A stretch of DNA of 64,000 nt from Pseudomonadota bacterium (GCA_023449275.1 JAEXJM010000057.1:89-64088), one strand, 5' to 3'. Shown: positions 13,747 to 25,623, counted from the first letter of the stretch. The notes: generated from the letters alone by a model not told the origin. A program made the numbers and translations.

Positions 13747-14391
13747 TCAGTATTCTACCGGAAGTGGTGACAAACTGCCCCACAAAAACCATGTCGCGAC
13801 GGTACACCACGGTTCCCAATGTACTGCCATTTTTTTCGCGTCTTCTTTTGTGATATCTTCGCCGGAAAAATACGAGATGCTGATCCCTTTCAACAGACCG
13901 GCATCATCCAGCGGCAAAACATTCGGACGCAAAAGATTGAATATCAAAAACATCTCAGCTGTCCAGCGTCCGATCCCCCGCACCTGCACCAGATCGGCAA
14001 TGATTTCCTCATCCGGCATCTCAAACCATCGATCGGCCTGAATTTTACGCTCCAGAAAATGAAACGCCAAATCTTTCAGATATTCCACTTTCCGCTTCGA
14101 CAAGCCACTGGCGGAAAGATCATCGGAACTGGCAGCCTTGATTTCTTCAGGCAAACAGTCTGGACACACCCGTAAAAAACGTTTCCAGATCGAATCGGCT
14201 GCCGCAACTGAAATCTGTTGCCCGACAATCGAGCGGGCCAGTGTCTGGAACGGTTCACCCCGGCTTTGCAAACGTGCCTTGCCTGATGTGGCAATCAGCT
14301 TCTGCATGACAGGGTCGCGATCTCCCAATTCAGTACAGGCCCTCTCCCAACACTCCTTGTCCAGCAGGGAAACCGTTTGCCAGTCTTTCAT
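13747..14391 (-). CDS. alkA: DNA-3-methyladenine glycosylase II (AlkA / HhH-GPD family)
   Basis: LARSIVGQQIS, HhH motif VRGIGRWTAEMFLIF, LPLDD; lies between cysS and accA. Confidence 0.88.
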   Translation of the reverse strand: MKDWQTVSLLDKECWERACTELGDRDPVMQKLIATSGKARLQSRGEPFQTLARSIVGQQISVAAADSIWKRFLRVCPDCLPEEIKAASSDDLSASGLSKRKVEYLKDLAFHFLERKIQADRWFEMPDEEIIADLVQVRGIGRWTAEMFLIFNLLRPNVLPLDDAGLLKGISISYFSGEDITKEDAKKMAVHWEPWCTVATWFLWGSLSPLPVEY

Positions 14392-15777
14392 TTACGAACG
14401 GCGCCACTCGGTCAGGCCACCTGGCTTGTCCTCCAGAACGATACCCTTTTCCAGCAATTCACTGCGGATTTTATCGGCTTCGGCAAAATTCTTCGCTTTC
14501 TTTGCGTCGATACGGGCCTGAATCCGGCCTTCGATCCATTTTTCCTCGCCTTCATCGACAGTGTCGCCCTGCAGGAACTGACGCGGATCGCGTTCCAGCA
14601 ATCCCAGAACACCTCCCAGCGCTTTCAGTTGCGCAGCCAGTTCTGGAGAATGCGTCCGGTTGACTTCATTCGCCAGTTCGAACAATACGGCAACCGCTTC
14701 CGGCGTGTTGAAGTCATCGTTCATGGCGTTCGTGAAACGTGTGGCGTATGCATCTTCCCAGTTGACCGGCCTGTCCTCGAATTCGACATCTTTCAGGGCG
14801 GTATAGAGACGCGTCAACGCATTTTTGGCGTCATCCAGATGGGCGTCGGAGTAATTAAGCGGACTGCGGTAATGCGAACGGATGATGAAGAAACGAAGTA
14901 CTTCGGCATCGTAACTTTTCAGGACATCGCGGATAGTGAAGAAATTGCCCAGCGACTTGGACATTTTCTCATTGTCCACACGGACGAAACCGTTATGCAT
15001 CCAGTAATTGACGAAAGGATGGTGTGAAGCGCCTTCAGACTGCGCGATTTCATTTTCATGGTGCGGAAACTGCAAATCTGCCCCACCACCGTGAATATCG
15101 AAATGTTCACCGAGGAGCTTGCTCGACATGGCAGAGCATTCGATATGCCATCCAGGACGGCCACATCCCCATTTCGACTCCCATTTGGCTTCTTCCGGCT
15201 CGGTCGGCTTGGCGGATTTCCACAGAACGAAGTCCAGCGGATCACGTTTGCCGGTATTGATATCAACCCGTTCTCCGGCACGCAAGTCATCCAGAGACTT
15301 GCCGGACAATTTGCCATAACCTTCAAAATCGCGCACCGAATAATTCACGTCGCCATCCGGGGACTGGTAAGCCAGACCATTTTTTTCGAGTTTGCCGATC
15401 AGTTCCAGCATTTCGGGAACGAATTCCGTCGCCCGCGGTTCATGATCCGGCGGAAGAATGCCAAGTGCACTGGTATCTTCATGCATGTATCGGGTAAAAC
15501 GCGAAGTCAGGCTGGAGATCGACTCTCCGTTTTCGGCGGCACGGTTGATGATCTTGTCATCGATATCGGTGATGTTGCGGACATAAGTCACTTCATATCC
15601 CGACGCCTTGAGCCAGCGGTAAACGACGTCAAAAGACATCATCATCCGGGCATGGCCGATGTGGCAAAAATCGTAAATCGTCATGCCACATACGTACATT
15701 CTCACTTTGCCCGGTTCAATAGGTGTAAAGACCTCTTTGCTTCTCGTTAAACTGTTATATATCTGCAGACTGTCCAT
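14392..15777 (-). CDS. cysS: Cysteine--tRNA ligase
   Basis: [16 protein letters not shown] (HIGH), [17 protein letters not shown]; start set at ATG 15777 ([10 protein letters not shown]). Confidence 0.98.
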   Translation of the reverse strand: MDSLQIYNSLTRSKEVFTPIEPGKVRMYVCGMTIYDFCHIGHARMMMSFDVVYRWLKASGYEVTYVRNITDIDDKIINRAAENGESISSLTSRFTRYMHEDTSALGILPPDHEPRATEFVPEMLELIGKLEKNGLAYQSPDGDVNYSVRDFEGYGKLSGKSLDDLRAGERVDINTGKRDPLDFVLWKSAKPTEPEEAKWESKWGCGRPGWHIECSAMSSKLLGEHFDIHGGGADLQFPHHENEIAQSEGASHHPFVNYWMHNGFVRVDNEKMSKSLGNFFTIRDVLKSYDAEVLRFFIIRSHYRSPLNYSDAHLDDAKNALTRLYTALKDVEFEDRPVNWEDAYATRFTNAMNDDFNTPEAVAVLFELANEVNRTHSPELAAQLKALGGVLGLLERDPRQFLQGDTVDEGEEKWIEGRIQARIDAKKAKNFAEADKIRSELLEKGIVLEDKPGGLTEWRRS

Positions 15778-16059
15778 GAAGAAAGACCTGGTAGGAAAAT
15801 CGGATAAAGTCATTATTCTACTGTGATATAAGCGTTTTGACATGCATTTTGAAAAGGGATTCACTTGTTTCACGTACCCGGACTATCGGCTGTCGGCAAT
15901 ATCGCCGAAACAAAGAGTTTGCTAGAATGCGGTTACCGCGAAATGAATGTTTTTTCGTTGTTTGTTAAACCTGTTTCCCATTCATCTGTCAGAATCAAAA
16001 GGATTGGTTCAGTCCCTGACCGCATCTGGCAGGTTTTTAATCTCATCATAAGGAATATT

Positions 16060-16548
16060 ATGGCCGTCGCACTTCATACCAATTTCGGCACGATCAAGAT
16101 CGAACTCGATGCCAAAAACGCTCCGAAAACCGTTGAAAACTTTCTGAACTACGTTCGTTCCGGACATTACGACAACACCATTTTCCATCGTGTCATCAAT
16201 GGTTTCATGATTCAGGGTGGCGGTTTCGAACCCGGCATGAACCAGAAAAAAACGAATGCACCAATCGAAAACGAAGCGAACAACGGCCTGACCAACGAAA
16301 CGTACAGCATCGCGATGGCAAGAACATCCGATCCGCACTCTGCGACTGCCCAGTTCTTCATCAACGTCAGCGACAATGATTTCCTTGACTATCCGGGACA
16401 GGACGGCTGGGGCTATTGTGTATTCGGTATCGTGACCGAAGGCAAGGATGTCGTGGACAAGATCAAGAACGTCCGAACCGGTCGTGCCGGCATGCATGCC
16501 GACGTTCCGCTGGAAGACGTCGTCATCGAAAAAGCCGAAGAAGTCTGA
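16060..16548 (+). CDS. ppiB: Peptidyl-prolyl cis-trans isomerase B (cyclophilin)
   Basis: [45 protein letters not shown] before ATG 16060. Confidence 0.95.
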   Translation: MAVALHTNFGTIKIELDAKNAPKTVENFLNYVRSGHYDNTIFHRVINGFMIQGGGFEPGMNQKKTNAPIENEANNGLTNETYSIAMARTSDPHSATAQFFINVSDNDFLDYPGQDGWGYCVFGIVTEGKDVVDKIKNVRTGRAGMHADVPLEDVVIEKAEEV

Positions 16549-16573
16549 TTTTCCATCTGACTGCCGGATCCAT

Positions 16574-17350
16574 ATGAACCAGCCTGCTTCACAAATGAAA
16601 AAGTCGAAAGCGCTTTTCATTTCCGATCTGCACTTGCAGGCTGGCTCGCCCAAAACCATTGCCGCTTTTCTGGACTTTCTGGAAAAAGAGGCGTCACAGG
16701 CCGAACAGCTCTATATTCTGGGCGATCTGTTTGAATATTGGGTGGGCGATGACGATATGGATTCGGAAACAGTGAAACTCATCACCGGCGCAATTCGCCA
16801 GGTTTCGGATACGGGCACATCCGTTTTCTGGATACCCGGTAACAGGGATCTTCTGACAGGACGGAAATTTCTGCGAACCATCGGCGCAAAAGCCCTTCCT
16901 GAACTCGCCATCGTCGGGTTCGGCAACAAAAAAATCATTCTGGCACATGGCGACGCCCAATGTACGGATGACATCAACTACATGAAATTCCGGAAACGGA
17001 CCCACAATCCGATAGTACGTTTTCTGTTCCTTGCACTTCCCCTGTCCAGGAGAAAAAAGATCATTACCGGCTACCGTCAGCAGAGCAAAAAAGCCAACGA
17101 GCAGAAACCGGCTGACATCATGGATGTCAATGTATCGGTCATCGCCGACCTGTTCAGAAAAACCGGTGCGTCCGTCATGATTCACGGCCATACGCATCGT
17201 CCGGGATGCCATACCTCTGTCAATGAAAACGGCGAATGTGTCCGTCTGGTTCTGTCAGACTGGCATCTCGAAGGCGATATCCCTCGGGGTGACTGGCTTG
17301 CCATCGGCATGGATAACGCTATCACCCGCCACTCTGTTTCAGAGCTTTGA
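16574..17350 (+). CDS. lpxH: UDP-2,3-diacylglucosamine diphosphatase
   Basis: FISDLHL, LGDLFEYWVGDD, GNRD, AHGD..CTDD, IHGHTHRP; follows ppiB. Confidence 0.95.
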   Translation: MNQPASQMKKSKALFISDLHLQAGSPKTIAAFLDFLEKEASQAEQLYILGDLFEYWVGDDDMDSETVKLITGAIRQVSDTGTSVFWIPGNRDLLTGRKFLRTIGAKALPELAIVGFGNKKIILAHGDAQCTDDINYMKFRKRTHNPIVRFLFLALPLSRRKKIITGYRQQSKKANEQKPADIMDVNVSVIADLFRKTGASVMIHGHTHRPGCHTSVNENGECVRLVLSDWHLEGDIPRGDWLAIGMDNAITRHSVSEL

Positions 17351-17365
17351 AGCGGGGTCAATACG

Positions 17366-17959
17366 ATGCCACCATCCGAAGCAATCGATTTCATGCAGTC
17401 CCCTGATATCGTGGCACAGCAGCTGATCGGCTCGTTCTTTTCCTATCGTGGCGTCGGCGGCATCATCGTCGAAACGGAAGCCTACGACCAGACCGACCCC
17501 GCCTCTCACAGTTTTTGCGGCCCCACGGAGCGCAACGCCATCATGTTCGGGCCACCGGAAGCGATATACGTTTACCGGTCTTACGGCATCCACTGGTGTT
17601 TCAATTTCGTCTGCCGGGAAGAAAACCACGGTTCCGCCATACTGATCCGTGCCATCGAACCCACGACCGACATCGAAACGATGATAAAGCGACGCGATAT
17701 GACCGATATCCGCCTCTTGTGCGCGGGCCCCGGCCGGGTTTGTCAGGCACTGGGAATCAGCAGCCAGGAAAACGGGCTTTTGCTCGGTTCGGAAGAATGT
17801 GTCCTGAAACCGCGGACAGCCCCGGTCAAGATTGTCGCCGGCCCCCGGATCGGCATTACGAAGGCGGCGGACGTTCCCTGGCGTTACGGTCTTGCCGGTT
17901 CACGTTTTTTAAGCCGCCCGTTTCCGAAAGGATCGCCTGTTTTCAGCAGCGGCAAATGA
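17366..17959 (+). CDS. mpg: DNA-3-methyladenine glycosylase, MPG/AAG family
   Basis: IVETEAY..DPASH, MFGPP..YVYRSYGIHWCFN, LIRAIEP, GPGRVCQALGI, GPRIGI...PWRY. Confidence 0.92.
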   Translation: MPPSEAIDFMQSPDIVAQQLIGSFFSYRGVGGIIVETEAYDQTDPASHSFCGPTERNAIMFGPPEAIYVYRSYGIHWCFNFVCREENHGSAILIRAIEPTTDIETMIKRRDMTDIRLLCAGPGRVCQALGISSQENGLLLGSEECVLKPRTAPVKIVAGPRIGITKAADVPWRYGLAGSRFLSRPFPKGSPVFSSGK

Positions 17960-17973
17960 TTTTCCTGATCTGA

Positions 17974-20900
17974 TCAGTTTTTCCAGCGCAAATTGAAATC
18001 GACCCGATGTGCCGGCTTGTCCTTGTCGGCAACGCCTTTCTTGCTGGCCAGCAAATAGATTCTTTCATCAGGCAGTTTTCCTTTCAGGACCAGCCAGGTC
18101 TTGACCGCTTCCGCTCTCCGGTTCGCCAGAAGAACCAGATTATCGTTTCTGGATGCATAATGCCCGATAAGCAGGTTTTCCATTTCAGCGACAGGAAGCG
18201 TCTTGTCGAAAACGAACAGTTCCCTGGGTTTGTCGAATTTTTCGTTTTTATAGACTTCCGTCAGAAGTGACGGGTATTCCTTTTCAGACACCGTAATCTC
18301 TTCGAATGACGGAGCACCGGTTTTCTTCCGCTTCAGCTCCCGGATTTTCCGGTCCAGTGTCGATTGTCCAAGCCCGGCCCTGTCGGCGACCTCATCATAG
18401 AAACCGGTAATTTCCAGCTTGATCTTCGGCCGTTTGGCGAGTCCTTTCGACATCCTTTCCAGGCGTTTTTCAGCATCTTTCGGCAATGCGGCACTCCCCG
18501 GCTCGAATGCCATGCCCGACAAGCCTTTTTCTTTCTCGTTCAATGACGACAGCCATGCAAAAGGAGCCGTCACGATTTTCTTCAGGGTATTCAAAACCAC
18601 TTTTCCGACAATGCTGCCGAGAGAAAATTCCGGATCGTTCAGGGAACCGGCAATCGGGACATTGATGTCGATAACGCCATCACTGTCCTTCAACAGGGCC
18701 AGCGCCAGTTCGATGGAGGCACTGATCGCTTCCTTGCTTTCGACCTTTTCTCCCAACGTCAGCTGGTCGAGAACAAGCGAATTTTCAGCCGTCAAGGTTC
18801 CGTTCTGGACTTTATACGTCGCCTTGTACGTCATTTTCCCCTTTTCGATCCCGTATCCCAGATACTTGCCGGAATAGGCGGAAAACTGGGCCAGTTCCAT
18901 TCCGGTCACCTGTGCCTTGATGTTCAGGGTAAGCGTATCGCTCAAGGGATTGACATATCCGGAAATATCCAGCGGTGCACCATTGACCTGCCCTCTCAGT
19001 CGTATTCTCGATTGTGTTTCCGGATCGTTCGACAGGTTGATGAATGCGCCCCTCAGGTTCTGGATATTGGCGGTATAACGTGGTTTGATGAAATTGTCCG
19101 AAAAACGGACGCTTCCGTTTTTGACAATCCATTTCTTGATGGCTATCGAAAAATTCTGTTTCTCCGGACGGGCAGGTATCTGAACTGCAGCGGTTTCTGT
19201 CGCCACCTCCGGTTTTGTCTTCGTCTTTTCAGGTTTTGCCTCTTCCTGTACGACAGGAATCTGTACCGCAACAGCCATCCCGTCTCCGGAAGTGACAGGC
19301 GGAAGTTCTTCCTCGCTGACAGCCAGACTCTTCTGTCCGCCGGCCTTGCTGCGCAGGATATTCTGTAGGTTCAGACGACCATCCGACAGCAGGATGACCC
19401 TTGCCACCACATCCGTCATACGCGCCTTGTCGATCGTGACAGTCAACGGATTGAGATTGACGGCAAGCCCTTCAAATGCCAGATCCTTCCAGCTGATGAC
19501 AGGCTGTTTCGTCAACTGGTCGACGGCCGACAATGTGCTGACGGCAGCCCCGCCCCTGAACTGTCCCTGCAAGACACCGGAAGAAGATGTATCCACCAGC
19601 AGTCTGCCTTTGACAGACAAATCCGCCTGCCGCAGGGAAAGGTTCACATAATCATCGATGTAAGGCTGGATGAAATGGATATCGATATTGCTGAAATCCA
19701 CGTCCAGATCGGCTTTCAAAGGCGAAGCGGTCACATTCCCTTTCACCAGATAAGCGCCCCTGTCGTTGATCTTCGCTCTGGCGGACAAGGCTACCGGTTT
19801 ATCCATCGAATCGGACAGATCGTTTGGCGATATCCAGTTGGGTGACTTTGGTGACAATCGTTCCTTTGGGATGCCGGTTTTCAAGATGCAGGGACCAGTT
19901 TTTGATGCCGGCCTGTTTGATCCGGAAATGGAAACCGGATTTTTCCGCCGCCTTGTCGACGGCTTTTTGTGCAACCGAAGCCTTGTCGCCGTTTTTGAAC
20001 TTGTCGAGCAGCTCCGGCATACTGTGAATCAACTGGATACCGGTTCCTGTCGAGACGACACTATTGACCGTCACGTCGTGCCTGTCCATATCCAGCAACA
20101 ATTTATCGACCGAGAGGCCCACATTTCTGGCCGCGATATTGACCGGAACCTTGTACGTCCTGTCCGTGATACGGAACTGTCCGCCAGTCATGACAAACTG
20201 TTTCAAATCGATGACAGGAAACTTTGCGGTTGTTGCCTTGTCGGTATTTTCAGCGGTTTTCCCACCTGTTCCGTTTTTCCTTTCCATATTCAGCAGCCGT
20301 TCGACATTCCACTGGCCATTGCTGTTTCTGTCCAGAACCACCTCAGGGTTTTTGAGACCGATGCGACCGATATCGATCTTCCCTGAAAAAATATCGCTTT
20401 TGTCGATATCGACTTTGAACTGGGAAAATTTGAATACCGTGGCACCATTCGACTCCGCCAGCCACATCGAATCCAGCGTCACGTCTCCCCTGACCAGTAT
20501 TCTTTTTTTCTCACCCTGGTTTCGTGGAAAGATGATTTCCAGATCGGCTGAAAATTTGCCGTTTTTGATTTTGAAACCGGGATCGAAAGGCAAATATCCC
20601 AGATATGTCGGCAAATCCAGCCTGTCCAGCCTGACTGCGATTTTGCCCGATTTTTTATCGAATGCCGGTTTCGATCTCGATTTGCCGACCAGTTCGATTT
20701 TATCCTTGTTGATTTTCGCGCTAATGGCGAGAGTGGTGAAAATATCGACTTTCGAAGGCATGTTGGCGATAACGGGAATATCGATATCCAGCTCTTCGAT
20801 CAGCAGCGTCTTTTTCCGCTGTTCATCATCCACCCGTATCGTTCCGTTATCGATCTGGATATTGTTGACCGAAAAATTCGTTTTTGAATCGTTCTCCTTC

Positions 20901-21331
20901 GGCTTCGCGGCATAGGCGACCAGATCGTTGATGTTGTAATGCTTTTTGCCATAACGGATCAGATGGATTTTTGGATTGACCAGCCGGACCTCCTTCACGA
21001 CAGGAGCACGCTCCGAGAAGGTTTCCGGTGACAACTGGATAAACAAATGGTCGAACGATGCAAAAGCCCTTTTCGAACCGGGGTCAGTCAGCAGAACCCC
21101 ATCGAGCTTGGCCGTCAGACTGAACAGGTCGATATCCAGCTTTTGAATGTTCAGTTCACGGTTGAATTTTTCAGCAACGAATTCCTTCGCCTGTGTTTCG
21201 ACGATACGGGGAAGAAAATAAATACCGGCAGCGACAAGAGCCAGCAGCAAAAAAAGGAACGACAAAACACTGGCGATTGCCAGCTTCACGCGCGAGCGTT
21301 TTTTGATGTTGGATGAGTTCTGCCCTGTCAT
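17974..21331 (-). pseudogene. DUF748-family (AsmA-like) large envelope protein, split by a single frameshift near 19825
   Basis: ORFs 19799-21331 and 17974-19974 are colinear with the N- and C-parts of the intact neighbour 21372-24650; the junction reads ...CTG GAT ATC GCC A AAC GAT CTG TCC (LDIA / NDLSD). Confidence 0.8.
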
Positions 21332-21371
21332 TCAATAAATGATCCTGTTTTGATAAACCGGCCTTATCCTT

Positions 21372-24300
21372 TTATTTTAAAGAAAAATCAACGCGATTGC
21401 CCGAATCGCTACCCTCGGTACCTTTAGCCTTGCTTGCCAGAATGAACAGCCTTTCTTCAGGAATCTGTCCCTTGTCCATCAACCAGTTTTTCACCGCTTC
21501 CGAACGCCTATTCGCCAGCCGCATCAAATCGCCCTGTTGCGTTGAAAAATGTTTCGAAAGCCGCCTTTCCATTTCCGCTACAGACACGGACTTTGACAAT
21601 CCGATCCAGTTTTTCGGCTTGTCGAAATCCTCACTATTGTAAAGTTTCTTCAGCAAGTCCGGGTATTCCTTGTCGCTGACCGTGACTTTTTCCGTACCGG
21701 CTGTACTGCCCAGTTGTTCCGCCTTGATTTCCCTGATTTTTTTCATGATCGTCAATTTGCTGTCGGCAACTGGATCGTATTTACCGGTGATTTCCAGCGT
21801 CAGGGCTGGCCGGTTTTCCAGCGCTTTCGCCAGTGACTCCAGTTTTTTCCGCTCATCTTCCGTAATGGTGTGGCTACCCGGTTCGAAAACGACAAACGAC
21901 AGTTCCGCATCATTTCCGACCAGCGCACCCAGCAGCCTGAACGGAGATGTCACTGCCTTTTGCAGCAGGTTGACGAACATTTTGAATACAAGGCCACCCA
22001 CTGAAAATTCCGGATCGTTCAGCGAACCGCCGACCGGCAGGTTGATATCGATGACACCGTTCCTGTCTTTCAGCAAAGCCAGTGCAAGCTGGACAGGCAG
22101 ATGAACGGCATCTGCACTGTCGACTTCATCCCCCAGCGTCAACTGGTCGAGAACCAGCGAATTCTCGGCCGTGAGCTGGTTGTCCTCAACCTTGTAGTGG
22201 ACATCAAACGAAAGCTTGCCCTTCTCGATACCGTAACCGATGTATTTTCCGGAATAGGCCGAAAACTGGGCCAGTTCCATTCCCTTGACGTTTGCCTTGA
22301 TGTCCAGTGACAGCAATTCGCTCAAAGGATTGATCAGGCCGGCAATGACCAGCGGGGCGCCGTTGACACGGCCTTTGACGTCGACGGTTGCCAGCCTGCG
22401 TGCATCTGTCGACAGATTGTTGACAGAACCTCTCAGGTTCACCAGATTGGCCGTATAGCGTGGCTGGATGAAATTGTCGGAAAAACGGATCTTCCCGTTC
22501 CGGATCAGCCATTTTCTGATCTGAATGGAATAGTTTTTCTTTTCGGGCAGCCTGGAAGTTCCCGGATCATTTCCCGCCACCATCCCAGCCGTTTTCTCAT
22601 GGGTAACGGTTTCGACCACCGGTAATTTTCCGGCATTCTTTTCCTCGGCATCCGTCAGACTCTTCCGGCCACCCGTTTCACTGCGCAAAATATCCTGAAG
22701 ATTCAGGCGTCCCTTCGAACTCAGGATAACCCGCGCCATCAGGTCGTCCAGCGTCACCTGATCGACGACGACAGACAGCGGCGACAGGTTTACGCGAAGG
22801 CCCTTCATCGACAGAGCTTTCCAGTTCACGAAGGGTTGCCTTGTCACCTGATCGACAGTGTCCAGACGGCTGATCCCGGCATTGCCGGCAAACTGGCCCT
22901 GCAACGAGCCGTTACGCGCCTGTACGATTTTCAGTTTGCCTGCAATGGACAAATTCGCCTGTCTCAGAGACAGGTTCACATAATCCTCGATATAAGGTTG
23001 CACCGCCCGGATATCGACATTTCTGATATCCAGATCAAGATCGGTCCTGAAGGGCAGCGGCTCGACCGTTCCCCTGACATCCAGACGCCCCTTGTCATTG
23101 ATATCGGCAGTGACCGTGACGGCAACAGGCTGGTCATATTTTCCGGAAACATTGTCCGCCGTGACGTCCAGCTTCGTCACTTTCGTCACAACCGGTTTTC
23201 CGGTTGTCCGGTTTTCGACATAAACCGACCAGTCATCCAGTTCGAAGCGTGCGACGGAATAAGTGAAGCCTGCCTTCGCCGCTGCCTCATCCATCGTCTT
23301 TCCGGTGGTTCTGTTCATATCGGCTTCGGCACGTTTCAGTCTGCCATGCACAAACCGGATATCCGTTCCGGCAGAAACGACTTTTTCAACGTTCATATCC
23401 TTCTTCGGAAGATCGAAAGCCAGCTTGTCGATTTCCAGTCCGAAATTCTTCACTGAAAAGTTCGCTGGCCCAGAATTGGTCTGATCCCTGACGTGCCATT
23501 GGCCTTCTGTCACAACCAGTTTATTCAACGTCAGATTAAAAGGAATGCTTTCATCAGTGGAAGCCGTTTGTGCGGTTTCCTTTTCCGGTTGGTTTTCTCC
23601 TTTTTCCGGCACGAACATTCGTTCGAAATTCCATCGGCCTTTCTTGTCCCGCTCAAGGCTCACCACCGGATATTTCAATTCGACAAGATCAATGGCCATA
23701 TTTCCTGAAAGGATATCGCTCTTGTCGATTTTGATATCCAGTCCGGGAAATTTCAGCAAATCGGCACCTTTGACATCAACTATCCGAAGCGCGTTCAGGC
23801 TGACCTTGCCTTCGATGAAAAGCCCCATTTTTCCGTCTTCCGGCTTGACGAAGCCGATGTCCAGATCCGTAGACAGCTTGCCGTCCCTGAGTTCGAATGC
23901 CGGTTTGAAAGGCAGATATCCCATATAGGAAACAAGATCGACACCGTCCAGCCTGAGATTGACGGTACCGTCCCGCTCTCTGAAAAACGGTCGTGTCTTG
24001 CCGGATATCCCGATTTTTTCGTTATTGACTTTGGCGGAAAGCGCCAGATCGACAAAGATATTGACCTGTGACGGCAATGAGGAAATGAATGGAACCGTCA
24101 GGTTCAGCTCATCGATGACATGCTTTTTGTCCTTCGGCATATCGTCGAATTCGATCAGCCCGTCAGTGATCCTGATATTGTTGATCGAAAATTTCGCCGT
24201 CGAATCGTCTTCTTTGGGTTGCATCGCAAAAGCGATGAAATCGTCGATGTTGTAACGATTGTTTTCCAGCCGTGCCAGATGAACTTTCGGATTGGTCAGC

Positions 24301-24650
24301 GTCAGTTCTTCAACGACCGGTGCAAGGCGGAACAAGGATTCGGCGGAAAGGTCAAGCGTCAGGCGGTCGAACGAGGCAAAACCGTTTTCCGACCCGTGAC
24401 CGGAAAGCCGCATACCTTCAAACCCGGCTGTCAGGGTAAACGGATTGAATGAAACCTTGGTGAAACCGAGTTTGCGCTGGAATTTTTCGGAAACGAATTC
24501 CTGAGCCCTGGTCTCGATAATCCCGGGAATGATGAAAAAGCCCGTTACGCCATACACAACAGCCAGGACAACCAGAACGATCGGGAACCATTTGGCGAAG
24601 GTCGTCCGCCAGAAGAGAGGCAGGCGCTTCAACGGATTTTGCACGGTCAT
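21372..24650 (-). CDS. DUF748-family (AsmA-like) large envelope protein with N-terminal TM anchor and OmpA-like C-terminal domain
   Basis: 1092 aa; N-terminal TM; SFNPFTLT; YSGKYIGYGIEKGKL; LALALLKDRNGVIDINLPVGGSLNDPEFS; LANRRSEAVKNWL...RVDF. Confidence 0.85.
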   Translation of the reverse strand: MTVQNPLKRLPLFWRTTFAKWFPIVLVVLAVVYGVTGFFIIPGIIETRAQEFVSEKFQRKLGFTKVSFNPFTLTAGFEGMRLSGHGSENGFASFDRLTLDLSAESLFRLAPVVEELTLTNPKVHLARLENNRYNIDDFIAFAMQPKEDDSTAKFSINNIRITDGLIEFDDMPKDKKHVIDELNLTVPFISSLPSQVNIFVDLALSAKVNNEKIGISGKTRPFFRERDGTVNLRLDGVDLVSYMGYLPFKPAFELRDGKLSTDLDIGFVKPEDGKMGLFIEGKVSLNALRIVDVKGADLLKFPGLDIKIDKSDILSGNMAIDLVELKYPVVSLERDKKGRWNFERMFVPEKGENQPEKETAQTASTDESIPFNLTLNKLVVTEGQWHVRDQTNSGPANFSVKNFGLEIDKLAFDLPKKDMNVEKVVSAGTDIRFVHGRLKRAEADMNRTTGKTMDEAAAKAGFTYSVARFELDDWSVYVENRTTGKPVVTKVTKLDVTADNVSGKYDQPVAVTVTADINDKGRLDVRGTVEPLPFRTDLDLDIRNVDIRAVQPYIEDYVNLSLRQANLSIAGKLKIVQARNGSLQGQFAGNAGISRLDTVDQVTRQPFVNWKALSMKGLRVNLSPLSVVVDQVTLDDLMARVILSSKGRLNLQDILRSETGGRKSLTDAEEKNAGKLPVVETVTHEKTAGMVAGNDPGTSRLPEKKNYSIQIRKWLIRNGKIRFSDNFIQPRYTANLVNLRGSVNNLSTDARRLATVDVKGRVNGAPLVIAGLINPLSELLSLDIKANVKGMELAQFSAYSGKYIGYGIEKGKLSFDVHYKVEDNQLTAENSLVLDQLTLGDEVDSADAVHLPVQLALALLKDRNGVIDINLPVGGSLNDPEFSVGGLVFKMFVNLLQKAVTSPFRLLGALVGNDAELSFVVFEPGSHTITEDERKKLESLAKALENRPALTLEITGKYDPVADSKLTIMKKIREIKAEQLGSTAGTEKVTVSDKEYPDLLKKLYNSEDFDKPKNWIGLSKSVSVAEMERRLSKHFSTQQGDLMRLANRRSEAVKNWLMDKGQIPEERLFILASKAKGTEGSDSGNRVDFSLK

Positions 24651-24745
24651 TCTCCTTTTGACACGTTCGATTTTACCGACAGCTTTGCAACAGACTCCTG
24701 CCGGGTTTACCGCCCCATATTAAATAAAATCGGCCAATAAATAAA

Positions 24746-24776
24746 CAGCCGGTTTGCACTTATCGCAAACCGGCTG
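24746..24776 (-). terminator. Terminator after cysE
   Basis: CAGCCGGTTTGC-N7-GCAAACCGGCTG, followed on the minus strand by TTTATTT. Confidence 0.7.
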
Positions 24777-24807
24777 CATAAATCGGATATCTGATATGAA
24801 AAAGGCC

Positions 24808-25557
24808 TTATTCGACGAGCTTGTTCAACTGTTCCGGACTGACTTTTTCCTCTTCCGGCACAGCTTCCAGCTTGATATCGGCCGCTTCCAGTGCGGACAT
24901 GATGTTTTTGAGCTGGTGTTCCTGTGCTGCGGCATTGTTGATAAGGCCACGCAGTGCCTTGATGAGGGGATCGTCGCCGTTCGGCGTGATGCCGTAAGAT
25001 GAAAACAGGACGCTGGCAGCATCCTTTTCATTATGGCTGTCGTCTTTTTGGATGATACGTGCGGGATTGCCGACCGCTGTGGCTCCGGCCGGAACTTCCT
25101 TGACCACCACAGCGTTCGACCCGACCTTGGCCATCTCACCGACCGTGAAACTGCCCAGCACCTTGGCTCCCGCACCGATAATGACGCCTCTTTCCAGTGT
25201 CGGATGGCGTTTTTTGCCTTTCGCCAGAGACGTCCCCCCCAGTGTCACTTCCTGATAAATCGTGCAATCGTCACCCACTTCAGCCGTTTCACCGATAACA
25301 ACACCCATGCCGTGATCGATAAATACCCTGCGTCCGATTACCGCACCCGGGTGGATTTCGATTCCCGTCAGGATGCGCGCCAGATGGGAAATGAAACGGG
25401 CCAGCCACTTCAGGCCATGCGTCCAGCACCAGTGTGCCATCCGGTGAACGAGAATGGCCTGAAAACCCGGGTAACAGGTAATGACTTCCCAGGTATTGCG
25501 GGCTGCTGGATCACGTTGGATGATACTTTTGATATCTTCGCGAAGATGGCGGAACAT
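24808..25557 (-). CDS. cysE: Serine O-acetyltransferase
   Basis: [34 protein letters not shown]...KRHPT; hexapeptide repeats. Confidence 0.96.
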   Translation of the reverse strand: MFRHLREDIKSIIQRDPAARNTWEVITCYPGFQAILVHRMAHWCWTHGLKWLARFISHLARILTGIEIHPGAVIGRRVFIDHGMGVVIGETAEVGDDCTIYQEVTLGGTSLAKGKKRHPTLERGVIIGAGAKVLGSFTVGEMAKVGSNAVVVKEVPAGATAVGNPARIIQKDDSHNEKDAASVLFSSYGITPNGDDPLIKALRGLINNAAAQEHQLKNIMSALEAADIKLEAVPEEEKVSPEQLNKLVE

Positions 25558-25623
25558 GGTATATACGGAAAATTAACAAAAGAGCCAGATCATAACCGTT
25601 TCGGCAGGTTTGTGCACGTTCAT

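Noticed and set aside
15778..16059. N-terminal extensions of cysS and ppiB in the ORF track (also trmB from 32398, leuA from 40357, rlmB from 26454)
   Set aside because: Homology begins at downstream ATGs; the extensions are open intergenic or neighbouring-gene sequence.
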